NCBI GenBank assembly: GCA_036833635.1 | Contig: DAITPJ010000003.1 | Coordinates: forward strand, 1 to 57,132 | Source: Terrimesophilobacter sp. | Lineage (GTDB): Bacteria; Actinomycetota; Actinomycetes; Actinomycetales; Microbacteriaceae | DNA length: 57,132 bases | Direction of reading: 5' to 3' | In this document: positions 8,481 to 17,714 of the stretch, piece by piece | How positions within the stretch are numbered: the stretch's first letter is position 1 | Layout: each line of letters opens with the position of its first letter | Notes under the pieces: generated by a model | What the model was told of the DNA's origin: nothing | Databases searched by the model: none | The model's input: only the letters and a program-made list of their open reading frames with translations | Program-made: the position numbers and the translations under genes

Positions 8481-9347
8481 ATGCCTGCCACTCCCCCGCT
8501 CGGTCTGCTGCTCGACGTCGACGGGCCGATCTCGAGCCCGGTTGAGCGCCGGATCGCGATCCCGAGCATCGTCGAGGACCTCGTGGCGCTCGCCTCCCTC
8601 GGGGTGCCGATCGCCTTCATCACCGGGCGCAGCGACACCTTCATGCGCGAGGAGGTCGTCGCGCGACTCGTCAACGCAGGGCTCCCCGACGGGGTCCGGA
8701 TGTTCGGCGTGAGCGAGAAGGGCGGCGTCTGGTTCCCGATCACCTCGGCCGGCATCGGCGAGGTCACGATCGACAGCGAGCTCGCGCTCCCCGAGGACTA
8801 CACGGCCGAGTTCCGCGAGCTCGCCGAGCTGCGCTTCTCGGACGCCATGTTCTTCGACGACACCAAGCACGCCATGATCTCGCTCGAACAGAACCCGGAT
8901 GTCGGCCATGACGACTACGTGTTCGCCCAGGAGCAGGCCAACCAGGCCGCCTTCGACCTCCTCGTCGAGTACGGGCTCGGGGCACGCTACGCGGAGCAGG
9001 AGTTCCCCGACGCACTGGGGCGTATCACCTTCCGCGTCGACCCCACGATCATCTCGACCGATGTCGAGTCTGTGCTGCTCGACAAGGACCGCGGTGCCGC
9101 TCGCGCGATCGAGTACTTCCGCGGAGGCGGCGAACTGCCGACGCTCTGGCGCACGGTCGGCGACTCCCGCAGCGACTACCTCATGGCCGATCACCTGCAT
9201 GCCGAGGGTTTCGACGTCGCCCACGTCGACGTCCGGCCCTCCGACGGCATCCTCGAGCGTCCGTACCGCGTCATCACCGAGGGCGATCTCATCCACGATG
9301 AGGCCGGCGCTGCCTTCCTGCGGCATTGGGTGCGCACTCTCGGCTGA
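8481..9347 (+). CDS. Hypothetical HAD-superfamily (Cof/IIB-like) hydrolase
   Basis: LLLDVDGP (motif I), FITGRS (II), DK (III), VGDSRSD (IV); starts 12 nt after dnaE2. Confidence 0.7.
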   Translation: MPATPPLGLLLDVDGPISSPVERRIAIPSIVEDLVALASLGVPIAFITGRSDTFMREEVVARLVNAGLPDGVRMFGVSEKGGVWFPITSAGIGEVTIDSELALPEDYTAEFRELAELRFSDAMFFDDTKHAMISLEQNPDVGHDDYVFAQEQANQAAFDLLVEYGLGARYAEQEFPDALGRITFRVDPTIISTDVESVLLDKDRGAARAIEYFRGGGELPTLWRTVGDSRSDYLMADHLHAEGFDVAHVDVRPSDGILERPYRVITEGDLIHDEAGAAFLRHWVRTLG

Positions 9348-9354
9348 CCTCGGC

Positions 9355-11130
9355 TCACCCGTTGCGCAGGAGATCGATCCTGGCCTGGAGCTGCGCCACG
9401 CTCGCCTGGGCGACGGGCGGGCCTCCCGCCCTCCTGCGCAGCTCGGCGTGGATGTGCGAGTGAGGTTGCCCTGACCGCCGCGCCTGCACCGCGACGAGGC
9501 TGTTGAGCAGGCTCCGCTGCTCCCGGAGCGTGCGGTAGAGCGGCGGGGGCTCCACCGCACTGCCGGGGACAGTGGCGCCGCTGCGTGCCGCTCTCGCCTT
9601 CGACCGGCGCGATTGCCGTGCCTGTCGCTGCGCGAGCAGTTCACGCACCTGGTCTGGTTCGAGCAGGCCGGGAAGCCCGAGGAAGTCGAGTTCCTCGAGC
9701 GTGTCGACCTCAGCGGCGAAACCGAACTCGCCGCCGTCGTAGAGCACCCTGTCGAAGTTCGCGTGCGACTCGAGGGGCTGGAACTCGAAGAGTGGCGCCC
9801 CCGAGGCACGCTCCGCACGGTTCGCCTCGGTGAGCTCCGCGTCGTCGAGGAGCAAGTCGACCGACGCCGACTCACGGTCGAGGGCGTGGTCCCGCTGGAG
9901 CTCGAGCTGGCCGGCGAGGGCGAGAAGCGACGGCACGCTCGGCAGGAAGATCGACGCTGTCTCACCGCGCCGGCGGGTCCTCACGAAGCGGCCGATCGCC
10001 TGGGCGAAGTACAGGGGCGTCGACGCGGAGGTCGCGTAGACGCCGACGCCGAGTCGCGGGATGTCGACGCCCTCCGAGACCATGCGCACGGCGACCATCC
10101 AGCGGCGGGTGCCCTTGGCGAACTCGGCGATACGGTCGGACGCCGATTTCTCGTCGGAGAGCACGACGATGGGCTTCTCGCCGACGATGTCTTCGAGGAT
10201 CGCGGCGTAGGCGCGGGCGGCGTAGTGGTCGGTCGCGATGACGAGGCCAGCGGCATCCGGCACATCGCCGCGCACCTCGGTGAGTCTGCGGTTCGCGGCG
10301 CGCAGCACGGCCGGGATCCACTCCCCCTGCGGGTCGAGCGCGGTGCGCCAGGCCTGCGCTGTGATGTCCTTCGTATCGGCATTGCCGAGCCGCGCCTCCA
10401 TCTCGTCGCCCGCGCGCGTCCTCCAGCGCATCCGGCCCGCGTAGGCGAGGAAGAGAACGGGGCGCACGACCCCGTCCCTCAGCGCCCTCCCGTAGTCGTA
10501 GCTGAAGTCGGCACGCGACGTGCGGATGCCCTGCTCGCTCGGGTGGTAGGTCACAAACGGGATGGGGGCGGTGTCCGAGCGGAAGGGGGTCCCGGTGAGC
10601 GAGAGCCTGCGCGTTGCAGGCTCGAAGGCCTCCCGGATGCCGTCGCCCCAGCTCAGCGCGTCCCCGCCGTGGTGCACCTCGTCGAGGATCACAAGGGTAC
10701 GGGCGGACTCGGTCATGGTTCGGTGCAGCCCCGGTCGAAGGGCGACCTGGGCGTAGGTCACGGCGACACCGTGGAAGTGGCGTCCGACGGTTCCGTGCCT
10801 GTTCCGGAAACCGGGGTCGAGACGGATGCCGACGCGCGCCGCCGCATCCGCCCATTGGCGTTTGAGATGCTCGGTGGGGGCGACGACCGTGACCCGGGAG
10901 ATGATGCGGCGGGCGAGAAGCTCGGTCGCGAGCCGGAGCGCGAAGGTCGTCTTGCCGGAGCCGGGCGTGGCCGCGACGAGGAAGTCGCGCGGTTCGGTGA
11001 GGAAATACCGCTCGATCGCCTCGGCCTGCCATGCCCGCAGCTTGTCGGCGGTGCCCCGCGCTGCCCGCTCTGGAAATGCCGGTCCGAGACGGAAGGGCTG
11101 CTCGGTGCCCTTCAACGTCTCGGAACTCAC
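9355..11130 (-). CDS. Superfamily II DExH-box helicase (ResIII-like, Rv2917-like)
   Basis: ATPGSGKT Walker A, ILDEVHH, LTGTPFR, SEGVDIP, QAIGRFVR. Confidence 0.9.
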   Translation of the reverse strand: MSSETLKGTEQPFRLGPAFPERAARGTADKLRAWQAEAIERYFLTEPRDFLVAATPGSGKTTFALRLATELLARRIISRVTVVAPTEHLKRQWADAAARVGIRLDPGFRNRHGTVGRHFHGVAVTYAQVALRPGLHRTMTESARTLVILDEVHHGGDALSWGDGIREAFEPATRRLSLTGTPFRSDTAPIPFVTYHPSEQGIRTSRADFSYDYGRALRDGVVRPVLFLAYAGRMRWRTRAGDEMEARLGNADTKDITAQAWRTALDPQGEWIPAVLRAANRRLTEVRGDVPDAAGLVIATDHYAARAYAAILEDIVGEKPIVVLSDEKSASDRIAEFAKGTRRWMVAVRMVSEGVDIPRLGVGVYATSASTPLYFAQAIGRFVRTRRRGETASIFLPSVPSLLALAGQLELQRDHALDRESASVDLLLDDAELTEANRAERASGAPLFEFQPLESHANFDRVLYDGGEFGFAAEVDTLEELDFLGLPGLLEPDQVRELLAQRQARQSRRSKARAARSGATVPGSAVEPPPLYRTLREQRSLLNSLVAVQARRSGQPHSHIHAELRRRAGGPPVAQASVAQLQARIDLLRNG

Positions 11131-11138
11131 TTAACGAG

Positions 11139-11160
11139 ACACTACCCGGCAGAGACGACA
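11139..11160 (-). promoter_or_regulatory. PafBC/RecA-NDp-type promoter of the helicase
   Basis: Minus strand TGTCGT-ctctgccggg-TAGTGT, 8 nt before GTG; consensus TGTCGG-N10-TA-N3-T. Confidence 0.6.
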
Positions 11161-11205
11161 CTGGGCTCCGTGGCGCGTGCCGCGGAGCCCAGTGTGCGTG
11201 AAGAG

Positions 11206-11475
11206 CTACGCCCTCGCGCGACCTCTCGTGACGAAGCCCCAGATGAGAAGGACGACGAGCGCTCCGCCGATCGCCCAGAGCCAGGCCGCGATCGACCAGA
11301 AGCTCGTGTACGCGTCGGCGACCCCGAACAGCCCGGCGAGCCAGCCGCCGAGGAGCGCCCCGATGACTCCCAGGATGAGCGTCGCAAGCCAGCCTCCGCC
11401 CTGCTTGCCTGGCAGGATCAACTTTGCGATGGCACCCGCGATGAGTCCGAGGATGATGAAGGAAAACCAACCCAT
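11206..11475 (-). CDS. GlsB/YeaQ/YmgE family stress-response membrane protein
   Basis: GLIAGAIAKLILPG and LGVIGALLGG hydrophobic repeats; AAGGAGG RBS. Confidence 0.9.
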   Translation of the reverse strand: MGWFSFIILGLIAGAIAKLILPGKQGGGWLATLILGVIGALLGGWLAGLFGVADAYTSFWSIAAWLWAIGGALVVLLIWGFVTRGRARA

Positions 11476-11540
11476 GACGACCTCCTTGCTCGGTCAGATA
11501 CGTGGCCCCCGTAGGTCGGCGGCCTGTGCCCAGCTTCGCA

Positions 11541-11560
11541 TGCCCCCCGATCGGGGGGCA
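11541..11560. repeat. Perfect 20-bp palindrome, candidate operator
   Basis: TGCCCCCCGA|TCGGGGGGCA in a divergent intergenic region. Confidence 0.85.
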
Positions 11561-11638
11561 ATACCTTCAGCCCGGCGCGCCGCAACCTGATGGTTGGCTG
11601 AATTTCGCGAGAGCGTCGCTCTGAGGCAGGCTTGGAGG

Positions 11639-12418
11639 ATGGCGCAGCAGCATCCATGGTCCCGTTATGTCGCGCTCGGCGACTCCTTCACCGAGGGGAT
11701 CGGCGACAGTGAGCCGCGCAGCCCCGGCGGCAATCGCGGTTGGGCGGACCGGGTCGCCGAAGTGCTCAGTGCGAAGACCGACGACTTCGCCTACGCGAAT
11801 CTCGCCATCCGGGGCCGGCTCCTGCAGCAGATCCTCGACGAACAGGTCGAACCGGCGCTCGCGCTGCGACCCGACCTTGTGACGATCTCGGCGGGCGGTA
11901 ACGACATCATCAGGCCCGGCACCGACCCGGACGACATCGCGACCCGGCTCGAGGGTGCGATCGGGCGCCTGCGCTCCGATGGGGCGACTGTGCTGCTCTT
12001 CAACGGCCCCGACATCGGGATGACGCCCGTACTGCGGCGCTCACGCGGCAAGGTCGCGATCTACAACGAGAACCTTCGGGCGATCGCGCAGCGGCACGAC
12101 GCGATCGTCGCCGACATGTGGGCCCTGCAGGAGCTCAAGGATCCTCGCATGTGGGCGCCGGATCGGCTGCACTTCTCACCCCTCGGGCACCACACGATCG
12201 CCAGGATGGTGCTCGGCTCGCTCGGCGTCGACAACGATCTCGAACCCTACACGCCCGAGCCGCTACCGGCCGTGTCCTGGCGCCATGCCCGCGTCGAGGA
12301 CATCGGTTGGGCGCGGGAGTACCTGCTGCCGTGGGTGGTGCGGCGCATCCGTCACCAGTCCTCCGGCGACGGGATCAGCCCGAAACGGCCGGAACCCACG
12401 AGGGTCGATCGCGACTAA
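11639..12418 (+). CDS. SGNH/GDSL hydrolase
   Basis: GDSFTEG, GGND and DRLH blocks; GGAGG immediately before ATG. Confidence 0.9.
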   Translation: MAQQHPWSRYVALGDSFTEGIGDSEPRSPGGNRGWADRVAEVLSAKTDDFAYANLAIRGRLLQQILDEQVEPALALRPDLVTISAGGNDIIRPGTDPDDIATRLEGAIGRLRSDGATVLLFNGPDIGMTPVLRRSRGKVAIYNENLRAIAQRHDAIVADMWALQELKDPRMWAPDRLHFSPLGHHTIARMVLGSLGVDNDLEPYTPEPLPAVSWRHARVEDIGWAREYLLPWVVRRIRHQSSGDGISPKRPEPTRVDRD

Positions 12419-13515
12419 CGCCCGAACTGGGTGGCTGCAGGGCAGTCGAAGGGGTCGCCGCCCGCCGCAAGGCCGACCCGGTTGAGGTACCGGATGACGA
12501 TGCCGTACGACTCGAGGATCGAGGTCTGCGTGTATGCGATGCGGTGCTTTTCGCAGTACTCGCGGGCGATCGCGGCGGCGCGCGCAAGGTGCGGTCGCGG
12601 CATGTTCGGGAACAGGTGATGCTCGATCTGGTAGTTGAGGCCGCCCATGAAGCTGTCCATGAACAGCCCGCCGCGGATGTTGCGCGAGGTGAGCACCTGG
12701 CGGCGGAGGAAGTCGACCTTGCTCTCGTGCGGCAGGATGGGCATGCCCTTGTGGTTAGGGGCGAAGGTCGCGCCCATGTAGAGACCGAACACGGCGACCT
12801 GGACCCCGATGAACGCGAAGGCCATGCCGAGCGGCAGGACGAGGAAGATGACCGCAAGATAGGCGGCGATGCGCGTCGTGATCATGCTGATCTCGACCCA
12901 GCGGCGGTCGACCTTGCGTCGACCGAACACCGTGCGGAACCCGTGGATGTGAAGGTTGATCCCCTCGAGGAGGAGTGCAGGGAAGAACAGGTAGCCCTGG
13001 CGTCTGGTCGCCCATGCGTAGAGCCCGCGCGACTTCGCAGCGTCATCCTCCGTGAAGGAGACGAAGTCGCGCTCGATGTCAGGATCCTTGCCGAGGATGT
13101 TGGGGTTCGCGTGGTGGCGGCTGTGCTTCGTCATCCACCAGGAGTAGCTGATCCCGACGAAAAGGTTCGCGAGGGTGCGGCCGGCGCGGTCGTTGAGGGG
13201 CCCTGAGGCGAATACCTGTCGGTGGGACGCCTCGTGGGCGAGAAACGCGTACTGGGTCAGGATGATGCCGAGCGCGCCCGCCATGAGCAGCTGGAACCAG
13301 CTGTCTCCCAGAAGGATGAAGCCCGTGACGGTGCCGCCGAGTGCGGCCGTGATGATGCCGAACACCGTCCAGTAGAAGCCGGTCGTTCGGCGCAGAAGCC
13401 CTGCATCCCGAACAGTCCGCAGGAGCGCCGAGTACTCGGTCGTCGGGTTCGTGGCGCTGCCACCCGGCCTCGTCCTGGTGAAAGTGACGACGGGTGACGT
13501 TGCAATGGTGGACAC
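12415..13515 (-). CDS. Membrane fatty acid (acyl-CoA) desaturase
   Basis: His boxes HEASH, HSRHH, QIEHH; transmembrane segments; GTG start after GAGGT (start uncertain). Confidence 0.9.
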   Translation of the reverse strand: MSTIATSPVVTFTRTRPGGSATNPTTEYSALLRTVRDAGLLRRTTGFYWTVFGIITAALGGTVTGFILLGDSWFQLLMAGALGIILTQYAFLAHEASHRQVFASGPLNDRAGRTLANLFVGISYSWWMTKHSRHHANPNILGKDPDIERDFVSFTEDDAAKSRGLYAWATRRQGYLFFPALLLEGINLHIHGFRTVFGRRKVDRRWVEISMITTRIAAYLAVIFLVLPLGMAFAFIGVQVAVFGLYMGATFAPNHKGMPILPHESKVDFLRRQVLTSRNIRGGLFMDSFMGGLNYQIEHHLFPNMPRPHLARAAAIAREYCEKHRIAYTQTSILESYGIVIRYLNRVGLAAGGDPFDCPAATQFGR

Positions 13516-13626
13516 GGTACCTCGATTCGGGGTGACTTCCCGGTCGCGGTAGCGAGTGAGATGCGTCAACGGTTAAGCCGACTCTAGGGCATCGCCCTGT
13601 GAATGCCCGGCAGGGCAGGTGGATTG

Positions 13627-14871
13627 TCAGCCGAATGGATGCGTGAGTCGCCACCACGGCCCAGGATCGCCGAGTTCGCCGTCGAGCGCAAGGGGCACGG
13701 AGACGCTCTCGCCGGCGACGGTGAACGTGGCGGAGCCGACGCGCTGCCCCTTCGTCCCTTCGCGGACGTCCGATGCGGCCGTGTGCTCGCTGACCGGCGA
13801 GCCGGCCCAGACGAGCAGCGACGCGCCTTCGACGGCCACGGCGCGCGCGGACTGCTCCCACGGGGTCGCGTACTCGTAGAAGACCTCGCCCGCCTCGACG
13901 AGCGTGATCTCGCGGAATCCGGCGACCGCGCTCGCGAGGAGCTCGCGGACCGCGACATTGAGCGCCGCATGGTCAGGTCCGCCGAGAACGACCCCGACGA
14001 CCTCGACCGGATGCTCCGCGACCGTGATCGACGCCGAGAACAGGAGGCAGGCGCCCGCCTCGTCGAGCGTGCCGGTCTTGATCCCGTCGACCCCGTCGAT
14101 GCCGAGGAGCTCGTTCGTGTTCTGGAACGCGCCGATGTAGGGCAGGCTCGCCGACGGCATTCTCACGATCGAGGACACGACGGGGTCGGCGAGGGCGATC
14201 TTCGCGAGCTCGACGAGATCGCCTGCGGTGCTCGTGTTGCCTGGATTCATGCCCGTCGAGTCGAGGAGTGTCGTGTCGGTGAGGCCGTTGGCGTCGAGCC
14301 AGGTCCTCGCGGCGGACAGGAACGCGCTCTCGGATCCGAAGCCCCACGTTGCGAGCGACTCCGCGTAGTTGTTGGCGGACGAGACGAGCACGACCGTGAG
14401 GAGTTGGCGTTGGGTCAGCTCGAGTCCTGCGCGCACGGGTTCGACTTTCCCCTGGAGCGCGAAGTACTTGTGGTACAGCGCGGCGTCGGTCCGCGAGAAC
14501 GTGATGACGGGACCATCCTCTCCTTGCGGAAGGGGCCTGGCGTCGAGGACGACGAGGCTCGTGACGACCTTCGTGATGCTCGCGATCGTGCGCGGCTCCG
14601 TGCTTCCGCCTGCGGCGAGAGTGCCGGGGAACCCGACCGCCCCGAGAGCACTCGCACCGTAGCCGGGCCAGGCGAGCTCTACCGGGGGGTTCTCGAGGGG
14701 CACCGGAGCGACGGCCGTCGCCGTCGCAGGGGCGAGGGGCGCCAGCAGGGTGAGCGGAAGATAGGCGAACCCAGCGAGGATGAGCCCCGCTGCTCCGAAG
14801 ACCCCGATCCGCCGGCGCAGGTACGTCCCCTTCGACTCCCGGCGGCGGTCGGAGGTCTGGGCGGCGTGCAC
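13627..14871 (-). CDS. D-alanyl-D-alanine carboxypeptidase (peptidase S11)
   Basis: SITK, SAN and KTG motifs; N-terminal TM; -10 TATCCT 6 nt before GTG. Confidence 0.88.
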   Translation of the reverse strand: MHAAQTSDRRRESKGTYLRRRIGVFGAAGLILAGFAYLPLTLLAPLAPATATAVAPVPLENPPVELAWPGYGASALGAVGFPGTLAAGGSTEPRTIASITKVVTSLVVLDARPLPQGEDGPVITFSRTDAALYHKYFALQGKVEPVRAGLELTQRQLLTVVLVSSANNYAESLATWGFGSESAFLSAARTWLDANGLTDTTLLDSTGMNPGNTSTAGDLVELAKIALADPVVSSIVRMPSASLPYIGAFQNTNELLGIDGVDGIKTGTLDEAGACLLFSASITVAEHPVEVVGVVLGGPDHAALNVAVRELLASAVAGFREITLVEAGEVFYEYATPWEQSARAVAVEGASLLVWAGSPVSEHTAASDVREGTKGQRVGSATFTVAGESVSVPLALDGELGDPGPWWRLTHPFG

Positions 14872-14906
14872 TGCTACAGGATACGAGACGGTCGCTGCGC
14901 ACCCGG

Positions 14907-15710
14907 TCAGCGGCGCAGCGCCCACAGCGCGACGGCGCTCGCGGCAGCGACATTGAGGGAGTCGACGTCGTGCAGCATCGGGATCGTGACCGTCAGATCG
15001 GCCCCCCGCAGTGCATTCCGACTGAGCCCGTCGCCCTCGGTTCCGAGGAGGAGGGCGACGCGATCAGGAGGGGTCTTCGCGAACTCGTCAAGCGGCACGG
15101 CATCCTCGGCAAGCGCGAGTGCCGCGATCGTGAATCCGGCGTCGTGAAGCAGTGCCGTCGCTTCCGGCCACTCCGGAAGCCGGGTCCATGGCAGTTGGAG
15201 CACGGTCCCCATGCTCACGCGCACGCTGCGCCGGTAGAGCGGGTCTGCGCAGCGCGGTGTCACGAGCACGGCGTCCGCGCCGAGTCCGGCCGCGGTGCGG
15301 AAGATCGCGCCGACATTCGTGTGGTCGACGACATCCTCGATGACGATCACGCGGCGCGCAACAGCGAGAAGTTCTCCGACCGGCGGCAGTACTGGGCGGT
15401 GCATCGATGCGATCGCCCCGCGGTGCATCGTGAAGCCCGTGACCGACTCGAGCGCGCGGGACGTCCCGACATAGACGGGGATGTCGAAGGGCTCGAGGAG
15501 CAGCTCCAGGGATGGGAGCCATTTCTCGAGAAGGAGAACGGACCTGGGGCGATGGCCCGCCTCGATCGCGCGCGAGATGACCTTCGTCGACTCTGCCAGG
15601 TAGAGCCCTTCGACCGGCTCCCGGATGCGGCGCAGCGAGACGTCGGTCAGGTCTCGGTAATCGTGCAGCGCCGGGTCGTCGGGATCGTCGATCTGGATGA
15701 TGCGGGGCAC
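14907..15710 (-). CDS. TrmH/SpoU family RNA methyltransferase
   Basis: NVGAIFR, GTEGDGL, IPM..VDSLNV; start GTG 15710 (alternative ATG 15722). Confidence 0.92.
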   Translation of the reverse strand: MPRIIQIDDPDDPALHDYRDLTDVSLRRIREPVEGLYLAESTKVISRAIEAGHRPRSVLLLEKWLPSLELLLEPFDIPVYVGTSRALESVTGFTMHRGAIASMHRPVLPPVGELLAVARRVIVIEDVVDHTNVGAIFRTAAGLGADAVLVTPRCADPLYRRSVRVSMGTVLQLPWTRLPEWPEATALLHDAGFTIAALALAEDAVPLDEFAKTPPDRVALLLGTEGDGLSRNALRGADLTVTIPMLHDVDSLNVAAASAVALWALRR

Positions 15711-15778
15711 AGTCGGAAACATATCGGAAAGCCGGGGCGTTTAGCCTGTGAGGGGAACCAGGGCACGGAAGGAGACGG

Positions 15779-16615
15779 ATGCTGTCCGCACTCGACACGG
15801 CCGTCGACGCGCTCCGCGGGCGCTCGATCGCCGTGCTCACCGGCGCCGGGGTGAGCACGGACTCCGGAATCCCCGACTACCGCGGGGAGGGCGCGCCCGT
15901 GCGCACGCCCATGACGATCCAGGAGTTCCTCTCCGACGAGGAGCACCGCCGGCGGTACTGGGCGGGAAGTCACCTGGGGTGGCGGCGCTTCACGAGCGTT
16001 GGGCCCAATGCCGGCCACAGCGCGCTCGCCTCGATGGAGGCCACGGGAGCCGTGACCGGGGTCCTCACGCAGAACGTCGACGGGCTTCACCGCAGGGCCG
16101 GTTCCCGCCGTGTCGTCGAACTGCATGGTGCGATGGGGCAGGTGCGGTGCCTCGACTGCGGACAGCTTTTCGCCCGTGAGAGCGTCGCGGCACGGCTCGC
16201 CGCGGCCAATCCGTGGCTCGACGCCGAATCCGAAGTGGAACTCGCGCCCGACGGGGACGTCGTGACGGAGCATCTCGACGGGTTCGTGATCCCGGTGTGC
16301 ACGGTCTGCGGCGGCGTTCTCAAACCGGACGTCGTCTTCTTCGGCGAACTCATCCCGAGCCAGCGGTACCACGCGGCAGCGGCCGTCGTGCGCGCGGCCG
16401 ACGCCCTGCTCATCGCCGGGTCGTCCCTCGTGGTCAATTCCGGCATCCGGCTTCTCGACATCGCGTCGCGGCGAGACATCCCGGTCGTCATCGTCAATCG
16501 GGGGCCGACGAGGGGTGACAAACGGGCGACCGTTAGGCTGGAGGCCGGAACCTCCGAGACGCTCGTCGCCCTCGCGCAGCGCCTGCAGGGAGGCAGGGAA
16601 AGGCGGAACGGGTGA
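15779..16615 (+). CDS. Sir2 family NAD-dependent deacylase (class II/SIRT4-like)
   Basis: GAGVSTDSGIPDYRG, TQNVDGLH, ELHG, two CxxC, KPDVVFFGE. Confidence 0.93.
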   Translation: MLSALDTAVDALRGRSIAVLTGAGVSTDSGIPDYRGEGAPVRTPMTIQEFLSDEEHRRRYWAGSHLGWRRFTSVGPNAGHSALASMEATGAVTGVLTQNVDGLHRRAGSRRVVELHGAMGQVRCLDCGQLFARESVAARLAAANPWLDAESEVELAPDGDVVTEHLDGFVIPVCTVCGGVLKPDVVFFGELIPSQRYHAAAAVVRAADALLIAGSSLVVNSGIRLLDIASRRDIPVVIVNRGPTRGDKRATVRLEAGTSETLVALAQRLQGGRERRNG

Positions 16616-17256
16616 CCCTTCTGTACCTCGTGCGCCACGGCGAGACCGACTGGAATCGCGCCCATCGCATCCAGGGCAGCACTGACATTCCCCTCAATGA
16701 CACGGGCCGCGACCAGGCCATGCGCGCCGCACGGCTGCTTGGGCGCCGCGTATGGGACGGGCTGTATTCGAGCCCGCTCTCCAGGGCCCACGAGACGGCG
16801 ACGATCATCGGTCGCGAACTCGGGCTCGGGGACCCCCGCCCGCTGCCCGAGCTCGTCGAACGCAATTACGGCGAGGCCGAGGGGCTCACGGGGCGCGAGG
16901 TCACCCGTCGCTATCCGGGCTCAAGCCCAGTGCCGGGCAGGGAAAGCAGGGCGGAGGTCGCCGCGCGCGTCATGCCCGCGCTTCTCGCGCTCGCCGACGC
17001 CCACGATGGGGGCCACCTCGTCGTGACGACGCACGGTGCCGTCATCCGTACGGTGCTCATGGTCGTGGAGGCGCCGATCGATCGGGGCGTCGCGATCACG
17101 AACGGCTCGATCCACAGTTTTCGGCACACGGGCGGCACCTTCGAGCTCAAAGAGTTCGACGATCCCATCGAGTCGGAGTCTGTGCTCCTCGGGGACGAGG
17201 ACCTGGACGAGCAGAACGCGCTCGAGGAGCGCGAGGCGAAGGGCGCTGCATCATGA
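16612..17256 (+). CDS. Histidine phosphatase (phosphoglycerate mutase-like) family protein
   Basis: LVRHGET, SSPLSRA, HG; GTGA overlap with the sirtuin. Confidence 0.9.
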   Translation: MTLLYLVRHGETDWNRAHRIQGSTDIPLNDTGRDQAMRAARLLGRRVWDGLYSSPLSRAHETATIIGRELGLGDPRPLPELVERNYGEAEGLTGREVTRRYPGSSPVPGRESRAEVAARVMPALLALADAHDGGHLVVTTHGAVIRTVLMVVEAPIDRGVAITNGSIHSFRHTGGTFELKEFDDPIESESVLLGDEDLDEQNALEEREAKGAAS

Positions 17257-17714
17257 CGAAGGCGACCACGCGGTTCACCGAGGCCGCCAGCGCGCTCGGG
17301 TTCCCGGTTGAGGTCCGCACGATGGACGAGAGCACCCACACCGCAGTCGAGGCGGCGCACGCCGTCGGCTGCGAGGTCGGGGCGATCGTCAAGAGCCTTG
17401 TCTTCCTCGCCGATGGGGAGCCGCTCCTCATCCTCGCCTCCGGCCCGAACCGCGTCGACACCGGCGTGCTCGGCCGCCTGTTCGGCGTCGAGATCACGAT
17501 GGCGGACGCCCGGCGCGTCAAGGAGTCGACCGGATACTCGATCGGCGGCGTTCCCCCTTTCGGTCATCGCGAGCGCCTGCGCACGATCATCGACGCCGAT
17601 CTCCTGCGCTATGAGGTCGTCTGGGCTGCGGCGGGTTCGGCGACCGCGGTCTTCAGCATCGAGCCGGACAGCCTCATCGAGCTCACGGCCGGGGAAGTCA
17701 GCGCCGTCAGCTGA
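17253..17714 (+). CDS. YbaK/EbsC family aminoacyl-tRNA deacylase-like protein
   Basis: IVKSLVF, TGYSIGGVPPFGH, VWAAAG; ATGA overlap. Confidence 0.9.
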   Translation: MTKATTRFTEAASALGFPVEVRTMDESTHTAVEAAHAVGCEVGAIVKSLVFLADGEPLLILASGPNRVDTGVLGRLFGVEITMADARRVKESTGYSIGGVPPFGHRERLRTIIDADLLRYEVVWAAAGSATAVFSIEPDSLIELTAGEVSAVS

